In this document: piece after piece, positions 51,001-61,159 of the stretch | Layout of the letters: every line of letters starts with the position of its first letter | Numbering within the stretch: the first letter of the stretch is position 1 | NCBI GenBank assembly: GCA_950097015.1 | Contig: CATNEN010000027.1 | Coordinates: 868,001 to 932,000 of the forward strand | Length of the DNA stretch: 64,000 nucleotides | Source: Macrostomum hystrix | Taxonomy: Eukaryota; Animalia; Platyhelminthes | Reading direction: 5' to 3' | The notes under the pieces: model-generated | What the model saw: the letters and a program-made list of their open reading frames with translations, nothing else | Told to the model about the DNA's origin: nothing | Database searches by the model: none | Program-made: the position numbers and the translations under genes

Positions 51001-54000
51001 CTGTTCTGTTCTGTTCTGTTCTGTTCTGTTCTGCTCTGTTCTGTTCTGCTCTGTTCTGTTCTGTTCTGTTCTGTTCTGTTCTGCTCTGTTCTGCTCTGTT
51101 CTGTTCTGTTCTGTTCTGTTCTGCTCTGTTCTGTTCTGCTCTGTTCTGTTCTGTTCTGCTCTGTTCTGCTCTGTTCTGTTCTGTTCTGCTCTGTTCTGCT
51201 CTGTTCTGTTCTGTTCTGTTCTGTTCTGTTCTGTTCTGTTCTGCTCTGTTCTGTTCTGCTCTGTTCTGCTCTGTTCTGTTCTGTTCTGTTCTGTTCTGTT
51301 CTGTTCTGTTCTGTTCTGTTCTGTTCTGTTCTGTTCTGTTCTGTTCTGCTCTGTTCTGCTCTGTTCTGTTCTGTTCTGTTCTGCTCTGTTCTGTTCTGCT
51401 CTGTTCTGTTCTGTTCTGTTCTGCTCTGTTCTGTTCTGCTCTGTTCTGTTCTGTTCTGTTCTGCTCTGTTCTGTTCTGTTCTGTTCTGTTCTGCTCTGTT
51501 CTGTTCTGTTCTGTTCTGTTCTGCTCTGCTCTGTTCTGTTCTGTTCTAAACTCGGTGCATCTTGCTCAGTCCTGCATCGACTATGGATTCAGTCTAGCCT
51601 AACGGGCAACAGTTTTAGCCTCGTTAATCGATTACAGTAGCATGCACTTTCCATTAGTAGCACTAGCCTAAGATGGTCCAGATGGAATTTGACTCAAGCC
51701 AGTGCATCGCCCGCCCATTGCAGCTGCGAGCTACCAGAAGGCATCAGGAAATAAAGGATCGGAAAGTTGTGAGTTCTTTTTAAATCCATTTTTAACGACG
51801 ATTTATTCTGTGTATAGAAATTAACAAAAAATTCTGCAAAAAGTTACAGCTCAACAATTCAAAGTCGAAATCGAGATCGAGTCGAAAGTCGAGACGAAGC
51901 GACTGAAGAAGGTTTGTTATTTAAATATAAATCTTCCACTCGTAATGAAATGCATTTCCAGTGCCTAAAGGATAATCTCTAAATAATTGGCAGGTGAATC
52001 TGCCGAAACTGTGGCGCCAATGGAACAAGACAAGGCGGCACTCGTCGGAGGAAAACATTTACATCCATGACCCGCCTGGTGGGGCGCAATATACTACTTG
52101 GCACAGTAGCTGTTATAGATTTTTGTTAGGCAATCAAAAACAGCACAGATACGCCCTCCGAGACACATCCGTCCAAAAAAATCACCACAAAGTAACAGTC
52201 CTAATCACTTAAAGCATTCATTTCGTAAATCGACCACGTTTTACACTAATACATGAATACACCCAACCAAATTCACACGGTCCAATAAACGCTTCCCAAT
52301 TCACCCACCATCGTACACCCACCTTAATTCCCCCATCTCAATACACGCACCCCAATACTCCCACCATAGTACACCCACCCCAATTTACTCACCCCAATAC
52401 GCCCACCCCAATACACCCACCCCAATACACCCACCCTAATATACCCACCCCAATCCACCCAACACAATACTCCAATACACCCAACCCAATTCACAATACA
52501 CCCACCCCATAGTACAACCTCCCCAATACACCTCAATTCACTCGGCCCAATTCACCAAGCCGAATACACCCCACTCCAATGCAGCCACCCCAAAATATAT
52601 CCATAACATCCTCTCACTGCACCCAACCCAATGTTGCAGGACACGCCTGCGGCCTGCCGTGCTGCAGCCTGGATTCCGTCACAGTGGCTGGGCTGCGCCG
52701 GTTCTTGGCCGCCGAGTCAGCGGCTGCGCAAACAACGGGCGCCCGCAGGTCGGCTGCCGATAGCGGCGCCTTCTTCCTGCCCGTGTCGCACGGCCGTCAA
52801 CGCGCTGATGGCGGCGCGGCAACCAAGCAGCGCTCGAAGGTCACGAGGCGTGTCAACTATGTCGACTCCGTGAGGGTCTTTCAATCGCTCAGCCCTGGAG
52901 TAGTCGCAGCTGGCGTCGCCGGTATCGATGAAGCTCAGCCGGTGAATTCGCGCATTGCCTTTCAGCCGCGGCATCGTCGAATCAACAGCCCGGCAACTGT
53001 GTCAGAATCTGCACCGGGCACTCTGCTGTTCTCAAAGCCGAACCTGGCAGGTAAGCTGATTAGATGTACTTTTAACTAAACCGCAACACCCCAGCAATGC
53101 TTAGCAATACCTAGCAACCCTAGCAACGCTAAGTTACATATAGCAACACCCTAGCAACGCTAAGCTACATTATAGCAACACTCTAGCAACGCTAAGCTAC
53201 ATATAGCAACACCCTAGCAACGCTCAGCTACATATAGCAACACCCTAGCAACGCTCAGCTACATATAGCAACACCCTAGCAACGCTCAGCTACATATAGC
53301 AACACCCTAGCAACGCTGAGCTACATATAGCAACACCCTAGCAACGCTCAGCTACATATAGCAACACCCTAGCAACGCTAAGTTACATATAGCAACACCC
53401 TAGCAACGCTGAGCTACATATAGCAACACCCTAGCAACGCTGAGTTACATATAGCAACACCCTAGCAACGCTGAGCTACATATAGCAACACCCTAGCAAC
53501 GCTGAGCTACATATAGCAACACCCTAGCAACGCTGAGCTACATATAGCAACACCCTAGCAACGCTGAGCTACATATAGCAACACCCTAGCAACGCTGAGT
53601 TACATATAGCAACACCCTAGCAACGCTGAGCTACATATAGCAACACCCTAGCAACGCTGAGTTACATATAGCAACACCCTAGCAACGCTGAGCTACATAT
53701 AGCAACACCCTAGCAACGCTGAGCTACATATAGCAACACCCTAGCAACGCTGAGCTACATATAGCAACACCCTAGCAACGCTGAGCTACATATAGCAACA
53801 CCCTAGCAACGCTGAGCTACATATAGCAACACCCTAGCAACGCTGAGCTACATATAGCAACACCCTAGCAACGCTGAGTTACATATAGCAACACCCTAGC
53901 AACGCTGAGCTACATATAGCAACACCCTAGCAACGCTGAGTTACATATAGCAACACCCTAGCAACGCTGAGCTACATATAGCAACACCCTAGCAACGCTG

Positions 54001-54832
54001 AGCTACATATAGCAACACCCTAGCAACGCTGAGCTACATATAGCAACACCCTAGCAACGCTGAGCTACATATAGCAACACCCTAGCAACGCTGAGCTACA
54101 TATAGCAACACCCTAGCAACGCTGAGCTACATATAGCAACACCCTAGCAACGCTGAGCTACATATAGCAACACCCCGCCAAGTACCCTGTCCACTAACCT
54201 AGCAACCTTGCAACGCACTGGCACATAGCCTAGCAACTATCAGTGAGCATAAATTGCCGCCCTCAGGTCTGCGCCAATTTGCCGCTCCCTCCGCGCCGGC
54301 CGAGGCTCTGCTGGACCAGCTTCGGGCACGTCAGGCGATCCGCGGCATCGGCAGGCCGACCCGGCCAGACAGCGTCGGTGGCACTGGCGATGGCGATAGT
54401 TTAGACGTGCCGCTGCATTGGTTCGACCCGCCGCAGACAGTCGCCTACTCGTCCAGGTATCGGCGAAAGCGCGGCTCCTGGGCGCTCGGCAACGACGAAC
54501 CCATCGGGCACTACAGCGCCGCTGAATTTCGAGACTGCTGCGAAATTCCACAGTGGCTGAAGCACACGTCGGCTAGGCTGGTTCAGCTAGAGGCGGCTGC
54601 GGCAGCTGAGGCCGCCAGAGGCGAAGCTCCAGGATTGGTGGAACCCGAGGAGATCGACTGTCCCCAGGAGATCCTGAACTCACTGTACCGATCCACCCGT
54701 GCTCGAAACCTTCGACTTCGATCGGACGGCGACTGCGACTCTGACGTTGATCAAATGTCGAGTGGTTACTATGACAACCCGGGGTGCGATTTGACTGAAG
54801 AGCCGCCGCTTCCAGCGACTCTTATTCTATAG
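48039..54832 (+). CDS. Uncharacterised single-pass (type III) membrane protein; probable exons 48039-48211, 50502-about 50674, possibly about 51673-51768, 51994-52078, 52640-53050, 54267-54832
   Basis: Exon 1 encodes MDWQR, a hydrophobic helix and CHRLTGCCCWRCC. Phase-compatible GT-AG junctions are 48211/50502, 52078/52640 and 53050/54267. The junctions between 50674 and 51994 could not be resolved by hand. No known domain recognised. Confidence 0.55.
48420..48790. repeat. (AGAATGGAAT)n / pentamer microsatellite
   Basis: Direct. Confidence 0.95.
49570..50340. repeat. 8/16-bp repeat (TTTCCATAGTTTCATA)n
   Basis: Direct. Confidence 0.95.
50685..51546. repeat. (TTCTG)n microsatellite with CTCTG variants
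   Basis: Direct; the SVLFC ORFs are artefacts. Confidence 0.97.
52330..52580. repeat. C/A-rich degenerate tandem repeat (cccaatacacccac)
   Basis: Visible low-complexity periodicity. Confidence 0.7.
53100..54175. repeat. 31-bp minisatellite (TAGCAACACCCTAGCAACGCTGAGCTACATA), about 34 copies
   Basis: Direct periodicity. Confidence 0.96.
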
Positions 54833-54859
54833 TGCCACCTCAATTGCCTTAACAAACCT

Positions 54860-55310
54860 AGCTCACAAACCTCACTCCCTGCTTCCAACGAACCCTAGTT
54901 CATTCAGACACCTCACTCCCTGACTTCACAAGAACCCTAGTTCAGCCAGCCACCTCACTCCCTGTTTCTGCAAGAATCCTTCCTTGTTTCTCTCCACAGA
55001 ACCCTAGTTCATTCAGCCACCTCACTCCCTGACTCCACAAGAACCCTAGTTCAGCCAGCCACCTCACTCCCTGACTCCACAAGAACCCTAGTTCAGCCAG
55101 CCACCTCACTCCCTGTTTCTGCAAGAATCCTAGTTCATCCAGCCACCTCACTCCCTGTTTCTGCAAGAATCCTTCCTTGTTTCTCTCCACAGAACCCTAG
55201 TTCATTCAGCCACCTCACTCCCTGACTCCACAAGAACCCTAGTTCAGCCAGCCACCTCACTCCCTGCCACTTCACAACCCTTAGTTTATCCAGCCACCTC
55301 ACTCCTCACT
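54860..55310. repeat. Composite tandem repeat (cagccacctcactccctg...aagaaccctagtt) just after the stop codon at 54832
   Basis: Recurring cacctcactccctg blocks. Confidence 0.85.
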
Positions 55311-55979
55311 CAAACAGAACTCAAGTTCACCCAACCGCAAAGCTCATTGTGGGTGTATTACTTATGCTATTCAGATTGATATCTGTAAAAAACCACGAAC
55401 CGCTATGTTTTCTAATAACAAGCTATAATCAATAAATTGAAGATTGGGGGAAAACGCCCAATCAATTTCCTTACTACACGGCTTTCGTAACGCAAACGTT
55501 TCAGAGCGTCAATACGGACAGTTTTCTACTTCGGTTATATTACAGAAAATAATAAGAATGGGAAAGCAAGAACGATCAGTACACAATCAATTATAGGTTA
55601 GTATGGGCTGCCAGCGGAATCTAATCGTTAAGAAACGGCCTCCATCGCCATAATTATTCACACAGTCAGTTGGCAATCAGTGTAACAACGCACCGCCATT
55701 TTAAGCTGGGAATTTCTAGGAAAGAATGTAGAGCGAACGAGAAACGTTGATAAGCTTGGCCCTCGGGGCAAAATCAGGGAAAATAATTATGCCGCATTTC
55801 TGGGCTATCCTGCTATAGTTCCTGCTTCCAGAAAATATGCTACTAGCGGCGAATTCATTTTTGAATAGTTGCAGAATTGGATACTAAAGAAGGCCAAAAG
55901 AAGGCCAACAAAGAGAAAACACAATGGTGACAAAGCGGCAATACTAATAGTTTTGTTAATGTTTGCAAGAGGGCTGCGG

Positions 55980-56460
55980 GCATTTCAAGTATGCACTTTT
56001 TCTGTATCTCCCAAAATATTCAACCGATCGCCATGAAATCCAGAACAGGAGCTAAAATTTCCGCTCTACCCGAAGAAACAACTTCCAGGATCACAGAGCA
56101 TCGGCATCGTCGAGATATTAAACGATTCTCGTCGAGGTGTTGTTTAGTGGCTGAAATGACCAACGTAAGGCATAGCTTTTCTGGTCACAAAATCTCATCA
56201 GATATCCATGTAGACGATTGTTGTTCATTATATCGTATTGATTATATTGTTAGTTTAAATATTTTAAAATCTATATGGATTCGCCATAAGGTTTACACAG
56301 AGCAATGTTAGCTGTCCTTGTCACCAGGTACTTCGAAAATTTTGAAGGGCAGAACAGTTTTATCAATATGGTGGACTTTCACGAAAAATCGGTCATCGGG
56401 TTTGGGAGCTGTCGTGAAGTAGGCAATGGGGATTTGATATATCCCCGTGGTCTTCCCCAG
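55980..56460. repeat. Dispersed repeat B, second long copy
   Basis: Homologous to 18825-19235. Confidence 0.75.
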
Positions 56461-56469
56461 GGGTAAAAC

Positions 56470-56662
56470 ATGTACACACACAGGGGTGCACTGTGACTTG
56501 AGGGTTGGCCTCCATGGGTGTAGATTGATCTCCCTGGAAACAAGACCCCAAGCCTTCTCTCCGCTGCTGCTTACAAAATAAATGTGGCCTCGCCGTGGAA
56601 TCGAGCTCAGGGACCTCGGTGCCTAAGGCAAACACGTCGACCGCTCAGCCAACTCAACCCCT
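56470..56662 (-). mobile_element. tRNA-derived SINE, 5' part
   Basis: Minus strand reads GGGGTTGAGTTGGCTGAGCGGTCGACGTGTTTGCC...GAGCTCGATTCCACGGCGAGGCCA: A box TGGCTGAGCGG and a B-box-like motif. The body matches the other copies. Confidence 0.78.
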
Positions 56663-57002
56663 CTGACTTCGATCGTATTGGTCCGTTTTCAGCTAACAGC
56701 CATTATTTTCTACTTGTCAAGTACATATTAGTTGCTAGGGCCGCCATTTCCTCTCGCTCTGTACCGGTTTCACAGCGAAGGCGAAGGCAGCGGGGCATGA
56801 AAAGTGCGCACTTCACCTGACAGGGCAAGTTCTGAAAAGCAGCTGTGGCCCGCAGTTCGATCGTCAACTTATTTTAGAATAGACGCGGGACTTAACGGAC
56901 TGAAAAGGAATCCTCCCCGTTTAACAACAATTTGCACTTTCACCGGACCTACCTGCTAATCACTTTGGCTAATGGCCGGTCAGGTATGTTTAAAAGGGGC
57001 TA

Positions 57003-57322
57003 TTGTGGGTCAGATTGTTATGAATCGTGTGGGTCAGATTGTTGTGAATCATGTGGGTCAGATTGTTGTGAATCATGTGGGTCAGATTGTTGTGAATCGT
57101 TTGGGTCAGATTGTTGTGAATCGTTTGGGTCAGATTGTTGTGAATCGTTTGGGTCAGATTGTTGTGAATCGTTTGGGTCAGATTGTTGTGAATCGTTTGG
57201 GTCAGATTGTTGTGAATCGTTTGGGTCAGATTGTTGTGAATCGTTTGGGTCAGATTGTTGTGAATCGTTTGGGTCAGATTGTTGTGAATCATGTGGGTCA
57301 GATTGTTGTGAATCGTGTGGGT
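57003..57322. repeat. 24-bp minisatellite (gggtcagattgttgtgaatcgttt)
   Basis: About 13 copies; gives the spurious GSDCCESF ORF. Confidence 0.93.
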
Positions 57323-57347
57323 CAAAGCTGGTGCATATTTTTACAGT

Positions 57348-58260
57348 AACGAATCCAAAAGTCTCAGTCGCGGTGCAGTTAAAACCGACCGCTTCGACCA
57401 ACTTCGACCGTCGCATCAGCCGCGACCTCGTTCAGCGAGCAGGTGCTGGACGGGCTGCCGCCGCCGCACCAGTAGGACAGGCTACGGAGGTAGCGACCAC
57501 CAGGAGCTTTCTGCGTCTGGCGCAGTTGAGGCGGTGGCGGCGGCAGATAAGTCGGCGGTGGCGGCGGCGGCGGCGGCGGCGCAGGTAGCGGTGGTGGTGA
57601 CAGATTTGGCGAGACCAATACGCCGCACGGAAAAGTGGCTGATCTAGTGACCCAGGCATGGCCTGTAGGACGAATAGGAAGTGGCTGCTGCTGCTGCTGC
57701 TGCTCGTTTTGCTCCGTTAGGAAATAATCCCTAAAACTTGTTGACAACGCAAACGGCAAAAAGGTTCGTTTAGCAGATTTTAGGTATGCATTTCAAATAT
57801 ACAGGCAGACAACAGAACAAAATAAAACGTAAACAAAGACAGACAGGCATGCAGAGAGGATTCTATCGCTTCTACCTCACTACCGACTGCTGCTGTCTCC
57901 CCTGCCAAGCAACGGGCCACATTGAATCCCCCGATGCGGCTTTGTCAGCAGCTGCGGCTGCGGCACCGGCTTCATGCGGATGGCGCCATTCGAGCAGCAA
58001 GCGGAAGCAGCGGTTGTTGTCACCGACTCCGTCGGCGTCCGCTCGCCAGCGCAGGCGACGCCGCATTGGCGCCATGGCTCGGAGCAGGCGGAGCAGCAAC
58101 GGTGGCATCAGCGAAGCCAGCTGTCGACGACGTCGCTGACGCTGGCGCCGCTGTCGACGCAGTCGGTGGGCCCGGAGAAGCAACCGGCGCCAGGTCGCTG
58201 GAACAGACGACGACCTGGTGACCATTGCCCTGACGGTGACGGCTGACACATCGGAATTTC
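57348..58260. other. GC-rich coding-like segments of unresolved strand and frame
   Basis: Open frames on both strands, trinucleotide runs (poly-Q/P on minus, poly-A on plus) and splice-like signals on both strands. No recognisable domain. Confidence 0.3.
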
Positions 58261-58649
58261 TGGGGTTCGCTTTTAGAAGGAAAGCTTAGATATGAAACAT
58301 TTAGGCCCATGACATTCATCCCAGTCTGTCTGATTGGTTGAACGGTTTCATTGGAATGCCGAGAGGGATTATTATCTGCGCGTCGAAAAGCTCAAAGATT
58401 TAGTGACCACTTTTCCACGTATCTGACTACTAACAAATAGTCTAGCATGCCTTGGGTTTAAGATTCGTGTTTTCGCACCATGCAGTTAATTAAATAAATG
58501 GATCCGACATTGTCAAACACTCCATATGAACGATACGGCAAGGATTACTCAAGAGAACTTCGTTAAAGTTCGCTTTCTTGCCTTGCAGTATACCCTTAGG
58601 GCGCGTGCGTTTCAATTCTGTTTCAAGCGCTCTCAAAGCTTAATTGCTA

Positions 58650-59400
58650 GTGGGGTTTGTTAGTCTGCCCCACCCCAAACTAGTCTGAGCCAGGCTGTGA
58701 GGTTTGTTAGTCTGCCCACCACAAACTAGTCTGAGCCAGGCTGTGGGGTTTGTTAGTCTGCCCCACCCCAAACTAGTCTGAGCCAGGCTGTGGGGTTTGT
58801 TAGTCTGCCCACCACAAACTAGTCTGAGCCAGGCTGTGGAAAATGCTAGTCTGCCCCACCCCAAACTAGTCTGAGCCAGGCTGTGAGGTTTGTTAGTCTG
58901 CGCCACCCCAAACTAGTCTGAGCCAGGCTGTGGGGTTTGTTAGTCTGCCCACCACAAACTAGTCTGAGCCAGGCTGTGGGGTTTGTTAGTCTGCGCCACC
59001 CCAAACTAGTCTGAGCCAGGCTGTGGGGTTTGTTAGTCTGCCCCACCCCAAACTAGTCTGAGCCAGGCTGTGAGGTTTGTTAGTCTGCCCCACCCCAAAC
59101 TAGTCTGAGCCAGGCTGTGAGGTTTGTTAGTCTGCCCCACCCCAAACTAGTCTGAGCCAGGCTGTGGGGTTTGTTAGTCTGCCCCACCCGAAACTAGTCT
59201 GAGCCAGGCTGTGGGGTTTGTTAGTCTGCCCCACCCCAAACTAGTCTGAGCCAGGCTGTGGGGTTTGTTAGTCTGCCCCACCCCAAACTAGTCTGAGCCA
59301 GGCTGTGGGGTTTGTTAGTCTGCCCCACCCCAAACTAGTCTGAGCCAGGCTGTGGGGTTTGTTAGTCTGCCCCACCCCAAACTATAGTCTGATCCAGGCT
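58650..59400. repeat. 46-47-bp minisatellite (ttagtctgccccaccccaaactagtctgagccaggctgtggggtttg)
   Basis: Period of 47 measured between 59041 and 59088. Confidence 0.94.
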
Positions 59401-60114
59401 TTGTGGGTTTTGATCGTATTTTAAAAGATAGCTTGTAGCGATAGTTCTGCGCAACTTTACTGTTGATTGTTGACTATTATCAAGAATGAGAATTAATTGA
59501 TGAGAATTAATTAAATTCGAAAGTGGTTTCATCAGAAAGGCATTAAAATTTTCTGATGTTTTTTTCCTAATTCTGTCAGCTATCGAAGTAATGAGAATTA
59601 GTCTTTGACGTGGAAAGGTCGTTTTATTTTGCTCATTTTAATCAACTCCTCAATGTCGAGCCGACCCAAAGAACCTTTCATTATTTTTCTGTTGGAAAGT
59701 ACAAAGTCAAAGAAGGCCTTTATTGGCAACTTTTTAGCGTGTCATTTTTCTGCAATGCCACTTAAGCTTATTATAGCTGTCTGATTACACTGAGTAGTGC
59801 TAAGCGAGTCGATCCCATCCTAACAATACCTATAAAAGCAGAACAGTCAGATTAAAATCCATTTGTTCACCAAACCGGAACTGGGTGGCGAGAGGAAAGA
59901 GTGATTAGCGTGGACACGGGTAGGACAACGGGAGTCGGGACACGATAGGACGGCCGTTTCCCATTAGGGATTAGCTGATTGACTCTGTGTTGAGCAGGCG
60001 GATGGGTGGGAGTGAGGATAATCTTAGCCGCCCAGTCTCAAAAGGGATTCTTTTATCTTTCTCTGACGCTTGCCCGAGGCCCGGTAACAATCCACCCACG
60101 TGCTCCCGAGTCCC

Positions 60115-60121
60115 TATAAAA
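60115..60121 (+). promoter_or_regulatory. TATA box (TATAAAA) for the secreted peptide gene; a second TATAAAA at 59831-37
   Basis: Followed by a short exon ending in the donor ctg|gtaagt at about 60193. CACGTG lies at about 60097. Confidence 0.5.
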
Positions 60122-60554
60122 GTAGGAGAAGTCCCGGCCGTTGAGAACTTCGCTCCACTCCCAACAGGATCCCAGCTTCTCTGCGACTCTCTGGTAAGTG
60201 CGGCACACTGTCATGTCGAAGTCTTTATAATCCTCGGCATAGAATCATTGTCGCTAGCCGTTACGTTTAAAGAACACGAAGGCGCTTGGGTTTATGAATT
60301 GAAGAAGTATTCTCAAACAGCTACAAATTGGCATGAGCACGAAGCTCGCTCTTATATTTCTTTGCCCTTAAGGGTATTGAAGTTTCTAGCAAATAAGGTG
60401 TTACAGTAACATTTTGCACCGATGGCAAATAGACTACTTTTAGAAGAGAATAAGTCTATAAATCAATCAGAATAGCGTGCAGCACATGCAGCACAAGCCT
60501 AAAGGATTGCATCATACATTTTTCAGAGCTTTGCAAACCGTAGATTCAGCAGGT

Positions 60555-60881
60555 ATGTCTCTCTCGAACAAGTCACTGATCTGCCTGCTACTGGTGTTGG
60601 CCGCCGCAATCGCTGCGGCTTCGGCTAGTTCTGAGAACAGGAGACAGCAGCAGCAGCAGTCATCGACGCTGGCCGCACGGAACTGCGAGCTGGGAATCGG
60701 CTCGCGCGCTGTCTGCCAACGCAACTCGGACTGCTGCGGCAAGAACATCTGCCTGCGGAGGCGCGGCAGGAAAAGCGGCTACTGCTGCTGCAGTCTGCCA
60801 GACAACGCCGAGATGCTCATTAAAAGGCCGCCGCCGCCGCCGGAGGCTCTGATGCTGGCTGATACAAGCCGCTCCTACTGA
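60555..60881 (+). CDS. Secreted cysteine-rich prepropeptide with knottin (ICK)-like framework, 108 aa
   Basis: Signal peptide-like MSLSNKSLICLLLVLAAAIAAASA, Gln-rich pro region ending AAR, then C-x9-C-x5-CC-x4-C-x10-CCC, then KR and a Pro-rich tail. Upstream acceptor tttttcag at 60526; AATAAA at 61016-21. Confidence 0.78.
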   Translation: MSLSNKSLICLLLVLAAAIAAASASSENRRQQQQQSSTLAARNCELGIGSRAVCQRNSDCCGKNICLRRRGRKSGYCCCSLPDNAEMLIKRPPPPPEALMLADTSRSY

Positions 60882-61159
60882 ACTGCCGGACTGCGCGCCT
60901 GTGAAGGCCACGCGTTGAACTTTCACGCAACCAGCAAATACCCACACTGAACTCATCCCAAACCCCCTGGACTGCTTGAATATCGGTGTAATGTGAAAGG
61001 CAAATGGAGATACTAAATAAATATACTGTTGTTGACCTAAAAGACGCGAAATGTTCTGCTTTTTTCTGCTTCTATATACAAACTATCGTTTTTTTAGCTT
61101 TTCTTATACTTCCATCCCGACTAAAGCAAAAAGGCTGACTCATCGTTTGTGAACTGTGA

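Noticed and set aside
50431-51640. Long Cys-rich hydrophobic ORFs (SVLFC)n
   Set aside because: These come from the (TTCTG)n microsatellite; only about 50502-50674 looks like a real exon.
56583-56662. Functional tRNA gene (also 41300-41375 and 19260-19310)
   Set aside because: The stems are degenerate and the sequence continues directly into a shared SINE body; treated as SINE heads.
56932-57416. Metallothionein-like GSDCCES repeat ORF
   Set aside because: It derives from the 24-bp minisatellite, which lies between a donor and an acceptor and is open in several frames.
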